Shown: piece after piece, positions 27,206-35,197 of the stretch
Layout of the letters: each line of letters opens with the position of its first letter
How positions within the stretch are numbered: position 1 is the stretch's first letter
Source of the DNA: Opitutales bacterium
Lineage (GTDB): Bacteria > Verrucomicrobiota > Verrucomicrobiia > Opitutales > UBA953
Assembly (NCBI GenBank): GCA_044361555.1
Contig: JBIKIO010000001.1
Coordinates: forward strand, 8,393-72,392
DNA length: 64,000 bases
Direction of reading: 5' to 3'
Notes under the pieces: generated by a model
Told to the model about the DNA's origin: nothing
What the model saw: only the letters and a program-made list of their open reading frames with translations
The model's database searches: none
Translations under genes and position numbers: made by a program

Positions 27206-28639
27206 TCAGGAGAAGAGCTTCACCTCGATGGTGACGGTTCCGAGCGGCAGCTTGTTGCCGTCCCGCAGCGGGTGCGTCGCACCGGTCATGTTATGGTACA
27301 TGGTCGCCTTACCGTCCCGCATGGTGAAGGTCGCGATCGTGGCGGGGAAGCCACTGGACTTGGGAATCCGGACCGTGGATTCAGAACCGGTACCGACGAT
27401 GACCGGGGTCGCGCCGAGATTGACGGTGGTGAACTCGCCAGGCCCCCAGATCACGCGGAGATACCCTTCCCGGGCCAGCGCCTCGACGACGGCGACGGAG
27501 AGCCCGACGGCGCCTCCGAGCACCAGACAGGCGATCAGTCGACCAAAGGTCAGCGAACCGACCAGTAGGAAGGACAGCACCAATCCAGCGAGAACGCCGC
27601 CGGCAAGTCCGCCCAAGATGGCCTTCACGCGATCAAGATTCGGGATGATCAATGAAAATGCGAAACCCAGCATCCCCCCGACGACGACCCAAGCGACGAC
27701 TTTGAGCATCTTATCCGCCAAGGCTCCGTTGCCACTCGAGAAGGCGGACAGCATGCCCTGCCCCACCAATCCGGCGAAGATGCCGGCGCACAAGCTCAGG
27801 AGCAGTACCTTTCCAAACTGTGCAGGAATCCAAGAATCTGCCCCTAGCATCCTGCGCTGGGCGACGGAAATCGCGAATGAGGTTCCTAGTGCAAGACATC
27901 CTAAGGTCAGGCCGACGGATGCCACGCCAAGCAGGAAGGCGGAAATGCTCGTCTTTCGGACGACCCCGGAGGCTCGCTGGTACTCGAATTCGCAGACGAC
28001 GACGCCGCTGGTCGTGCTGGATGACACGTTCGAGACCGTGGCTGACCTCCTGATGACCTGATCCCCGATCAGCACATCAAGCTTGAAGGGAATGTCGCGC
28101 AAGTTTGAGCGACGGGTGAATAGCTGCACCTTGAACAAATACTTGCCTTCAGGAGCCTGACCTGTGGGCCAGAAGATGTGCTCGACCGGATCGAGCCGCA
28201 GGGTCGCTCCGGCGTTCTGATCTACGTCGAGCTCGCCATGAGTCGGCGAGCGGCGTCGGCCGAAATAAATTTGAGCCCCTGTGGGGTCGATACAATGGAG
28301 GTCCAAGTCATCCAAGGTCTCCCAGCTCAAGGCCGTCCGGATATCCCCTGACATACTGGCGCCGGCCGCCGCCAACCTGCTTTGGACGGCGGAGTCGAAC
28401 AACAGCGAGGGCGACGAAGAGACCTCGGCATCATTCCGCCGATAGACGCCCGGCGAGACCTCCTCCACCAATGGGCCGGAGGCGGAGCTTGCAACCGACT
28501 TTGCGGCAAAAAACTCTCCGGCACCCCAGCCTAGCAAGGCGCCGGCCGAACCGAGCAGGAAGAACAGCAGAGGCTTGGGGAGTGAAAGCAGTCTCACGCC
28601 GCCAGAGATAATGGGACCACCTGAGGTGGCAAGCCACAA
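27206..28639 (-). CDS. Signal-anchor + DUF2135/YfaP-like beta domain (tentative) + polytopic TM core + C-terminal FHA-like domain (paralog 4)
   Basis: The start is uncertain: TTG at 28639 or GTG at 28597, with no ATG before the first TM helix. N-terminal module: LSWETLDDLDLHCIDPTGAQIYFGRRRSPTHGELDVDQNAGATLRLDPVEHIFWPTGQAPEGKYLFKVQLF. C-terminus: YLRVIWGPGEFTTVNLGATPVIVGTGSESTVRIPKSSGFPATIATFTMRDGKATMYHNMTGATHPLRDGNKLPLGTVTIEVKL. Confidence 0.85.
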   Translation of the reverse strand: MWLATSGGPIISGGVRLLSLPKPLLFFLLGSAGALLGWGAGEFFAAKSVASSASGPLVEEVSPGVYRRNDAEVSSSPSLLFDSAVQSRLAAAGASMSGDIRTALSWETLDDLDLHCIDPTGAQIYFGRRRSPTHGELDVDQNAGATLRLDPVEHIFWPTGQAPEGKYLFKVQLFTRRSNLRDIPFKLDVLIGDQVIRRSATVSNVSSSTTSGVVVCEFEYQRASGVVRKTSISAFLLGVASVGLTLGCLALGTSFAISVAQRRMLGADSWIPAQFGKVLLLSLCAGIFAGLVGQGMLSAFSSGNGALADKMLKVVAWVVVGGMLGFAFSLIIPNLDRVKAILGGLAGGVLAGLVLSFLLVGSLTFGRLIACLVLGGAVGLSVAVVEALAREGYLRVIWGPGEFTTVNLGATPVIVGTGSESTVRIPKSSGFPATIATFTMRDGKATMYHNMTGATHPLRDGNKLPLGTVTIEVKLFS

Positions 28640-28672
28640 GCAGGGATAGAAGAGGTGAACTAGAAACCTTCT

Positions 28673-29551
28673 TCAGACCGAAGAACCAAGCCAGGAAAGT
28701 AACCGTTCATGCTCCTCCATGTGCCGGCGACAATCGGCCATACGTTCACTCCGCCGCTCTCCCGCCGGATCATCCCGCAGCGCGATCAGCCTCTGCCGAA
28801 AGAAAGCATGCATGCGGCGGAGATGCGCGACTTTGGACGGTCCTTGTTCGAGGAAATCGACCTCAAGCTTGCGCTCGAGCAGCGAACGCTCGTGCTCGTC
28901 TGTCGACGAGGTGTCGTGAAGACCGAAGATTTCGGCGACCGCGAGGCGGTCGGCCAACGCGACGATGGCATCATGCACGGGAGAACCAGCCCGGGAGGCG
29001 GCGAAGGCTTGTCCGCAGAAATGGACGAGGTCGGCCATCTCGGCGTAATTCGCTTGGGATGCGAACTGACCAAGGACTCCGTCATAGGCCGCGTCGTCCT
29101 CAGGAATCAGGCGCAAGGCCTCACCCAAGGATTGCTCGGAATCGACTCCGCAGACGGCGCTGACGGCAAGCCAGCGCGCCTCGTACCATTCACGGAAAAG
29201 ACCCAGCGGGAAACCGGTGGGATTTCCGGAAGCGATGCGGCCTACGATCCGGGCGCACAACCCAAGCCGGACCACATAGCCACGAAGCGCGATCTCGTCG
29301 CACGAGGCCATATCTGGTGCTTCCTTGAGCTTCGGCGGACGAGGCGCACCCGGCCGGAAAGAAGGTGACACCATGGCGACGGGGTCGGCGGAGGTAACGG
29401 ACGCGGTGGGCGCGGCGGCCGAGGGTACGAAACCTAGGGCCTGCCAAGCCTTCGCCAAAAGCGGAGACCATAACTTCGCGGTTAAATAGAGTCCGGCGAT
29501 GATCAGGACATAGATCAGCACGAATACCTGGACTGCCTCGGAGACGTTCAT
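28673..29551 (-). CDS. Hypothetical membrane-anchored helical protein, 292 aa
   Basis: ATG at 29551. N-terminal helix VQVFVLIYVLIIAGLYLTAKLW, a short Pro-rich linker, then a helical region with no recognised motif. Confidence 0.7.
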   Translation of the reverse strand: MNVSEAVQVFVLIYVLIIAGLYLTAKLWSPLLAKAWQALGFVPSAAAPTASVTSADPVAMVSPSFRPGAPRPPKLKEAPDMASCDEIALRGYVVRLGLCARIVGRIASGNPTGFPLGLFREWYEARWLAVSAVCGVDSEQSLGEALRLIPEDDAAYDGVLGQFASQANYAEMADLVHFCGQAFAASRAGSPVHDAIVALADRLAVAEIFGLHDTSSTDEHERSLLERKLEVDFLEQGPSKVAHLRRMHAFFRQRLIALRDDPAGERRSERMADCRRHMEEHERLLSWLGSSV

Positions 29552-29626
29552 CTGTAACTTTTTAATCCAAAGAAGATGAAGGCACCCGACAAGCGGACTT
29601 TATCTCAAATCTTACGAAAACCCTAA

Positions 29627-30607
29627 TCACTTTGAGTATGGCAACTGGCCAGCCTTCATGAGGTCATTTGACGCCCTGATGGCAAAATCATCGAAGCGCT
29701 CAGGTATCTTGTGGAAATTCAGGGAGCCGTAATGGAGCGTGTAGTCGTAATCATTCGTTGTCACCCATGCTCTCTTCTGGATGCCGCCACCAGACAACGA
29801 CACGTATTGCATCACCGTCAAACTAAGCTGCCCTGAAATTTGGTCTGTGTCCTTGGGGTCGGCGCATTTCAGCGAAGCAATCAGGATGGTACCGGCGAAT
29901 TCGCTGGTATCCGATTCAGTGATTACCTGAAATCCGTTCCTGCGAAGAACAGATTCCACCCTGGCACGGACGGTATCCACGCTTACCGCATCTTCGGCCA
30001 CTAGGGACCTAACTACCACCCTTACTTTCTTATCGAAGACAGGGATCATGGACGTCGCAGCCCAGCCGACTTCACGCTTGTTGGCATCATCCCTAGCTCG
30101 GGCAAAATCAATAGCCTCAATCTGAGCTGGACTTAGCATTGCAGGCACCTCCACCCTCTTCTCTAAGGTCCTTACCACCTCCACGGGTTTCTCGACGATA
30201 CGGTCCACCGGCCGGTCTACCATCACGACATTCGGGAAAAGATAGGTGATCAGCAGTCCGATGATCGCTCCCAGGGTGACGCCTCCGGCGATCCAGCCCC
30301 AGCCGGCGACGCTCGAGGAAGAGGCCGGCGACGAGGACGGCTGCGGCACAGGAGGCTGCGCACGACGACGAGCGGAGGCCAAGGGAACAGGCATGGCGGC
30401 GACGGGCGGGAAGGCTTTCGCCGCGGCGACCTCGCCTCTCAGCTGAGTCAGCGGAGCCCAGCCGGACATCCCTTGCGTCCAGCAGAGATCCGTCCAGAGG
30501 AACTCACCGGAGTCCAGCAGCTCGACGATGCGGTCGATATCGAACTCGCCCATGACATGTCCGTTACGCGAGACGCGATATACGATGCTTCGATCGGGAG
30601 GGTTCAT
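29627..30607 (-). CDS. GYF_2 (DUF4339) domain - Pro-rich linker - TM - C-terminal alpha/beta domain protein
   Basis: SIVYRVSRNGHVMGEFDIDRIVELLDSGEFLWTDLCWTQGMSGWAPLTQL fits the GYF_2 pattern. Then AFPPVAAMPVPLASARRRAQPPVPQP and the TM helix WGWIAGGVTLGAIIGLLITYLF. Paralog of 30631-31596. Confidence 0.85.
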   Translation of the reverse strand: MNPPDRSIVYRVSRNGHVMGEFDIDRIVELLDSGEFLWTDLCWTQGMSGWAPLTQLRGEVAAAKAFPPVAAMPVPLASARRRAQPPVPQPSSSPASSSSVAGWGWIAGGVTLGAIIGLLITYLFPNVVMVDRPVDRIVEKPVEVVRTLEKRVEVPAMLSPAQIEAIDFARARDDANKREVGWAATSMIPVFDKKVRVVVRSLVAEDAVSVDTVRARVESVLRRNGFQVITESDTSEFAGTILIASLKCADPKDTDQISGQLSLTVMQYVSLSGGGIQKRAWVTTNDYDYTLHYGSLNFHKIPERFDDFAIRASNDLMKAGQLPYSK

Positions 30608-30630
30608 GAAGTTGAAAGTAAGTGAGTCGG

Positions 30631-31596
30631 TCAGCGGGGCTGAGAAGATCGCTGCAACGCGGTCGAGACTTCGGCGGATAGCTCATCGGTGAGCAATGGA
30701 AGCAGCGATAGCGTGTCAGCGTTGTATCCCGTGAAATACTTGGAACGTCGCCACACCGGATAGTCCCCTCTTCGCCAGGTCCTGTCCTTGCCGGCATGGA
30801 TATTCTGGCTGAGGGTCATGCCAATGTGACCTGAAATGTCGTCCTGCGGCCCGAAAAGCTGGATTTCCAAGACCAGACTGGTCTCGCTGTCTTCGCCAGA
30901 CGCGGCGACCCGGAACCCCTTGGAAACGAGAAGTTGCTCCACCCTAGCCCTGACCTTCTCTTCCGGGACCCCGCCGTTCGCGACGCTCCCCGTCACCTTG
31001 ACGGCGATCCGGATCACTGAACCCGCGAAATGGGGGAAAATCATATCCTCGTCACTACGCGCCATGCGTGCGGCCTCGACGGCGGCACCGAGGCCGAGGC
31101 GACGGATATCATCCGCCGTGATGGCTGAACCTGCCGAAGTCGCGACCACCCTTTCGTAGGGGACATCGACGACCCGATTGACGATGACGGTTTTCTCCCG
31201 AGGGAACATGACGGTCCAGAGGTAACCGCTGACAAGTCCGATGATCACCGGAAGAATAAGTGCGGTCAAACCAGCCGATGGCGCGGACTGCGATTGGCTT
31301 CGTCCAGCCGTCTTGGTCGCCTGACGTTTACGCGGCGGAGGGGTCTTGATCTTGGGTCTTGGGGCGACCGGCTGCGGAGGATGTGCCTTCGAAGGCGGGA
31401 AAGCTCTGGCGGCTTCGACCTCCTTCTTAAGGGAAGCCAAGACATCCCAATCGGCCATCCCGTCGGTGTAGTACAGATCCGCCTCCGAGAACTCACCGCA
31501 AGCCAGCAGCTCGGCGATGCGATCGATCTCGAAATCGCCCATGACATGGCCGTTACATGATATGCTGTAACTTATGTTGCGGTCAGGAGGTTTCAT
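30631..31596 (-). CDS. GYF_2 domain - Pro-rich linker - TM - C-terminal domain protein; first gene of the minus-strand array
   Basis: The track start 31617 is a TTG. The ATG at 31596 gives MKPPDRNISYSISCNGHVMGDFEIDRIAELLACGEFSEADLYYTDGMADWDVLASL, which parallels the paralog's start MNPPDRSIVY. Then AFPPSKAHPPQPVAPRPKIKTPPPRKRQ and a TM helix. Confidence 0.85.
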   Translation of the reverse strand: MKPPDRNISYSISCNGHVMGDFEIDRIAELLACGEFSEADLYYTDGMADWDVLASLKKEVEAARAFPPSKAHPPQPVAPRPKIKTPPPRKRQATKTAGRSQSQSAPSAGLTALILPVIIGLVSGYLWTVMFPREKTVIVNRVVDVPYERVVATSAGSAITADDIRRLGLGAAVEAARMARSDEDMIFPHFAGSVIRIAVKVTGSVANGGVPEEKVRARVEQLLVSKGFRVAASGEDSETSLVLEIQLFGPQDDISGHIGMTLSQNIHAGKDRTWRRGDYPVWRRSKYFTGYNADTLSLLPLLTDELSAEVSTALQRSSQPR

Positions 31597-31707
31597 GCTC
31601 GGAGGACAGGCATCCAATCAAAGAAGTCCTTGCCCCTTGTCGAGAACAGCCACCCGGGCGGTCTCTTTTAGATTGCCTGTAAGCGAAGGAAGAAGGCATC
31701 TTCGGGC
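31597..31707. promoter_or_regulatory. Divergent intergenic region; probable promoter region for the minus-strand array and the plus-strand GYF gene
   Basis: This is the 111-nt gap between divergently oriented starts (31596 minus, 31708 plus). No convincing -35/-10 boxes were identified by eye. Confidence 0.3.
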
Positions 31708-32616
31708 ATGACCCTGCCCGTCGCAGAACCAAGATACGATGTGGCCCGAAAAGGGACGGCGCTTGGCTCCTTTAGGCTCCTTGAAATCGCCACCGAAATC
31801 GACTCAGGCAATCTACGCTGGACCGATGATTGCTGGACCGAAGGGATGGAATCCTGGGCCAAGCTAGGCGACATCAGGGACCTGCTCGAATCTATCGGCA
31901 CGTCCGGAAAGCCGGCGACCGGCATGAGCCGCCTTCCGCTTTACGTCGGTATCGCTGTCCTGAGCCTTTTTCTGGTCGGCGCCTCGGCCTATCTTCTGAT
32001 GTCCGCTGATTCGACGGAAGTAACTGCGGACACTCCCGCTGCTCCCTTAGCGAGCGCTACGTCGCCGGCGCGCGTCGCCCTGGACAAACCACTGCAAAGG
32101 AGCCTGAGCGAAGCTCAGGACAAGATCTCGATGCTAGTCTCGGCCTCCTTCCAGACGAACAAGAGCGTGACCGGGACGGCGACCTTCACCCACCGCTACT
32201 ACAAGGAAATCGGCAATCGCATCCCGCTCCGGGTCGACATCGACGCCGATGGCCGGTGTCACCTTCTGACCTTCTATCAGGGAAGGAACTGGATCTTCCA
32301 CCGACAGCTTCGGTTCGTCATCGGCCAGCAGACCCTGGAGACAGGCGTCATCGAACCCCACCTGCGCAGCCGTTCAATCGGAGAAGATAACACGGTCAGC
32401 GAATCATGCCGCTTCGTGGGCCCTGCTGACGCCAAGTTGGTCGGACGCCTTGCGGCCGCCGCCGACTCACCGATCGCCTTCCAAATGGTCGGCCTCAAGC
32501 CGCTCGAAGTACCTCTTTCCTACGAGACGAAAGTCGCGATCAGGGAGTCGCATGAACTCGCCGAGCTCCTGGCGCAACGCCGCAAACTCCTCGCCGACCT
32601 CGGAATCAGACCCTGA
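31708..32616 (+). CDS. GYF_2 domain - TM - C-terminal domain protein
   Basis: YDVARKGTALGSFRLLEIATEIDSGNLRWTDDCWTEGMESWAKLGDI. TM helix LPLYVGIAVLSLFLVGASAYLLM. GGAAGAAGG lies about 12 nt upstream of the ATG. Confidence 0.85.
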   Translation: MTLPVAEPRYDVARKGTALGSFRLLEIATEIDSGNLRWTDDCWTEGMESWAKLGDIRDLLESIGTSGKPATGMSRLPLYVGIAVLSLFLVGASAYLLMSADSTEVTADTPAAPLASATSPARVALDKPLQRSLSEAQDKISMLVSASFQTNKSVTGTATFTHRYYKEIGNRIPLRVDIDADGRCHLLTFYQGRNWIFHRQLRFVIGQQTLETGVIEPHLRSRSIGEDNTVSESCRFVGPADAKLVGRLAAAADSPIAFQMVGLKPLEVPLSYETKVAIRESHELAELLAQRRKLLADLGIRP

Positions 32617-32619
32617 AGC

Positions 32620-34347
32620 TCAGGGACGGCGTCCGCACTGGAGAGGAAATTCGCCGAACCGGGCCGAACCGGCGGATAAAAACATCAAGACGGGCGGTGA
32701 ACTCAGATCGTTCAGCTTGAAGCAGAGCGTGTAAGGAGCGACTTCGCGGCGTGACGTCTCATCGGTGAATGTGACGATACCCGATACGGAATAAAAACGG
32801 GTGATGCCGTCGTCCCAGCACTTACGCACCACGGACACGTCCTCTTCGGCTATTTCAATGACGCGCAATTTCTGCATCAGCAAGGTTCGGCTACGGTTGA
32901 AGACCTCAGGCTTGGAGAGAGGCCTCTCCTGGCTTGTCGCCGTATCGAAGGGTTTGGCGGAAGCCGGCGCCGCGCCGAGCGACCGCAGGGTGCGATACAA
33001 GGAGAGGTCGGCCAGCTGACGGAACATCATCGGCGGAATATTGCCTGTCTGGAAATGATCGAAAAGGACCTCAGGCGCGCCTTCCCAATCCGCGGCGATC
33101 TCGGTCTCGGCGAACATCCGGAGCCTTCTTCCGGCGTAGGGCTCCGTGGCGCCGGCACGAGCCGCCACCGCATAATAAGCCCAGGCCGTGGCCGGCGAAG
33201 CCGGATAGACCCTGCCGGCGTCGAAATGCATGCCCAACAGCAACAAGGCGTCGGCGTCTCGTTTGCCGGCGGCGATCTCGAAGAGCCGGAGGGCCTCTTC
33301 TTTGTCCGGCTTAGAGAAGCCAAAGCCGAAATAATAGGCGACAGCTCTCGCATAAGCCGCCCGGGCGTCGAGCACGGTATCGGCAGCGAGGGGGGCCTTG
33401 GCAGGGAAAGCGATCCGCACCGTATCAGGCATCAGGACTTTCTCGGCTAGCGCCTTGTCCCGGAGACCCTTGGCAATCAATGGCGCCAGAGCTCCGGCTT
33501 CGAGGACGTGCAGATGGCGGATCAGACCCGCCTCAGGTAAGGACGCTTCATTGGCCTCGTCCTTTAAACTGACGAAATCAGCCCCCGCTACTTGCACCGC
33601 TTCAGGCAATGCGAGGGCACGCAGGGCGAGGCCGAAAGCGCGATCATGAAATGAATTGGCGTCATCCAGATAAAGCTGCGCCAGCGGGGCCAGCGCGGCC
33701 TTCTCGCCTTGTATCGCGGCTTTGGTGAACCACTGCCGGGCACTTTCAAGGTTCTTAGGTACGTGTTTCCCGTCCATATAACCTGCTCCCACCTCCAATT
33801 GAGCGGCCGAGCTGCCATCGCCTGCGTCTCGAAGCCTGCCACGGAAAGCCATCACCCTGGGCGAATCCCACTTCTGAGGAAGCTCGCCGCTGTACACCAC
33901 CCGACGGCTCAAAGTCTCCGAGTATGTCGGGCGACCATTGCAGGCCTTGCACACCCAGTGCACTTGGTATCCGAGATTCGCCCCCTCGCGCCCCTCGAAA
34001 CGGACGCCACTTCCGACCCCGGAGCAGGTGGAGCACTTGCGCGTGACCACGAAGGTGACGGTGGGATTCTGCTTCGCTATGTAGTGGATCAGGGCGATCC
34101 GCGTGGCGTCGTTGTAAGGAAGGCGCTTGCCGGTGGACACGACGATTTCACCGTCTGCGGTATACTCAAGACCCTCGGCGAGCTGATTGAAAACCGCAGA
34201 GTACTCCCCCGCGGTTGCCGTCTTCAGATCAAGATCCTCCGCCTCCAAGGAGCACACCCTCGCCGACAAAAGCAAGAAGCCGGCAAGGAGGATGGAGTAT
34301 GCCCGGGAAAGAGCGCCTCGGCTTGGGGCATATCTGTGCTCGTGCAT
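32620..34347 (-). CDS. Secreted Sel1-repeat protein with CxxC zinc-knuckle module
   Basis: Signal-peptide-like N-terminus SILLAGFLLLSARVCSLEA. CSTCSGVGSG...WVCKACNGRP. Sel1-type repeat GKHVPKNLESARQWFTKAAIQGEKAALAPLAQLYLDD. Convergent with 31708-32616, with 3 nt between the stops. Confidence 0.85.
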   Translation of the reverse strand: MHEHRYAPSRGALSRAYSILLAGFLLLSARVCSLEAEDLDLKTATAGEYSAVFNQLAEGLEYTADGEIVVSTGKRLPYNDATRIALIHYIAKQNPTVTFVVTRKCSTCSGVGSGVRFEGREGANLGYQVHWVCKACNGRPTYSETLSRRVVYSGELPQKWDSPRVMAFRGRLRDAGDGSSAAQLEVGAGYMDGKHVPKNLESARQWFTKAAIQGEKAALAPLAQLYLDDANSFHDRAFGLALRALALPEAVQVAGADFVSLKDEANEASLPEAGLIRHLHVLEAGALAPLIAKGLRDKALAEKVLMPDTVRIAFPAKAPLAADTVLDARAAYARAVAYYFGFGFSKPDKEEALRLFEIAAGKRDADALLLLGMHFDAGRVYPASPATAWAYYAVAARAGATEPYAGRRLRMFAETEIAADWEGAPEVLFDHFQTGNIPPMMFRQLADLSLYRTLRSLGAAPASAKPFDTATSQERPLSKPEVFNRSRTLLMQKLRVIEIAEEDVSVVRKCWDDGITRFYSVSGIVTFTDETSRREVAPYTLCFKLNDLSSPPVLMFLSAGSARFGEFPLQCGRRP

Positions 34348-34431
34348 CTTCGCAGACTAAGATCGCCGGACGTCCCGCCACAAGCAACTAAACGGGGTTT
34401 GAGTTTCTTGATTAATATCATAGCAAATGGC

Positions 34432-35178
34432 ATGGACGACAAGATTCACGTGAGCCGCAACCGGGATTCCTTGGGAGTCTTCACCGAGGAGCAGTTGAAG
34501 ATGGCGCTCGGCAGGGGCAGCGTCTACGCCGGCGATTTTTGCTGGAAGGCGGGCATGAAGGAGTGGGTCACGATCAGCCAGGCCTACCCTCACCTCATTC
34601 CCGCGACCCCTTCGGCCCATCAATCCCACCCTCCCTTCCCCTCCGCCAGGACATCGCCGCAGCCGCCCGTCCACAACAGCCTGCCTCCGGCGCCCCTTTC
34701 GCCTACAGGCTCCTTGCAAAGCACGGTCGGACTGCCGACCGGGGGCGATCGGTTCTGCGCCTACCTGCTGGACAGCCTCTTCATGATGCTTCTCTGCTGC
34801 CTCTTCATGGTGCCGGCCGTCGTCTTCCTCGCGGTCATCTCCGAAGCCGGCAGCATGCGCTCGAGCGTCATGCGGTCCTACGTCCAACTGCTGACCTATG
34901 GATGCGGCTTCTTCGGCCCCTTGCTCTATTACGGAATCATGGGCAACACCTCGCAGAACGCCACCTGGGGTCAGCGCATCATGGGATTCAAGATGGTGGA
35001 CGCACGCACGGGAGCGGCTCCGGATAGTGGACTGGTCTGGAAGTGGGCCCTCTACCGCGGCCTCATCACCTCCTGCTGCGGATGCATCGGACTGCTCTTC
35101 TTCATACCGATCCTGAACGATGCCCGGAAACAATCCGCCTTCGACAGCTGGGCGGACATCCTGATGGTCAAACGATAA
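34432..35178 (+). CDS. GYF_2 - Pro-rich linker - RDD-family membrane domain protein
   Basis: The true start is taken as ATG 34432 (MDDKIHVSRNRDSLGVFTEEQLKMALGRGSVYAGDFCWKAGMKEWVTISQAYP). RDD-like GDRFCAYLLDSLFMMLL and GQRIMGFKMVD. The upstream 241 codons of track ORF 33709-35178 are antisense to the Sel1 gene. Confidence 0.85.
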   Translation: MDDKIHVSRNRDSLGVFTEEQLKMALGRGSVYAGDFCWKAGMKEWVTISQAYPHLIPATPSAHQSHPPFPSARTSPQPPVHNSLPPAPLSPTGSLQSTVGLPTGGDRFCAYLLDSLFMMLLCCLFMVPAVVFLAVISEAGSMRSSVMRSYVQLLTYGCGFFGPLLYYGIMGNTSQNATWGQRIMGFKMVDARTGAAPDSGLVWKWALYRGLITSCCGCIGLLFFIPILNDARKQSAFDSWADILMVKR

Positions 35179-35197
35179 GCCCGCGGCCGCCGCCCGA

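Noticed and set aside
16457-28639. A type VI secretion threonine-phosphorylation pathway (FHA + STPK + PP2C)
   Set aside because: No TssB/TssC, Hcp, VgrG, ClpV or baseplate-like genes are present in the window. The resemblance is limited to the signalling triad.
33709-34431. The N-terminal 241 codons of the 489-aa track ORF 33709-35178
   Set aside because: This part lies entirely antisense to the well-supported Sel1 gene (32620-34347) and has an Arg/Gly/Pro-rich shadow-frame composition. The recognisable protein (GYF_2 + RDD) begins at ATG 34432.
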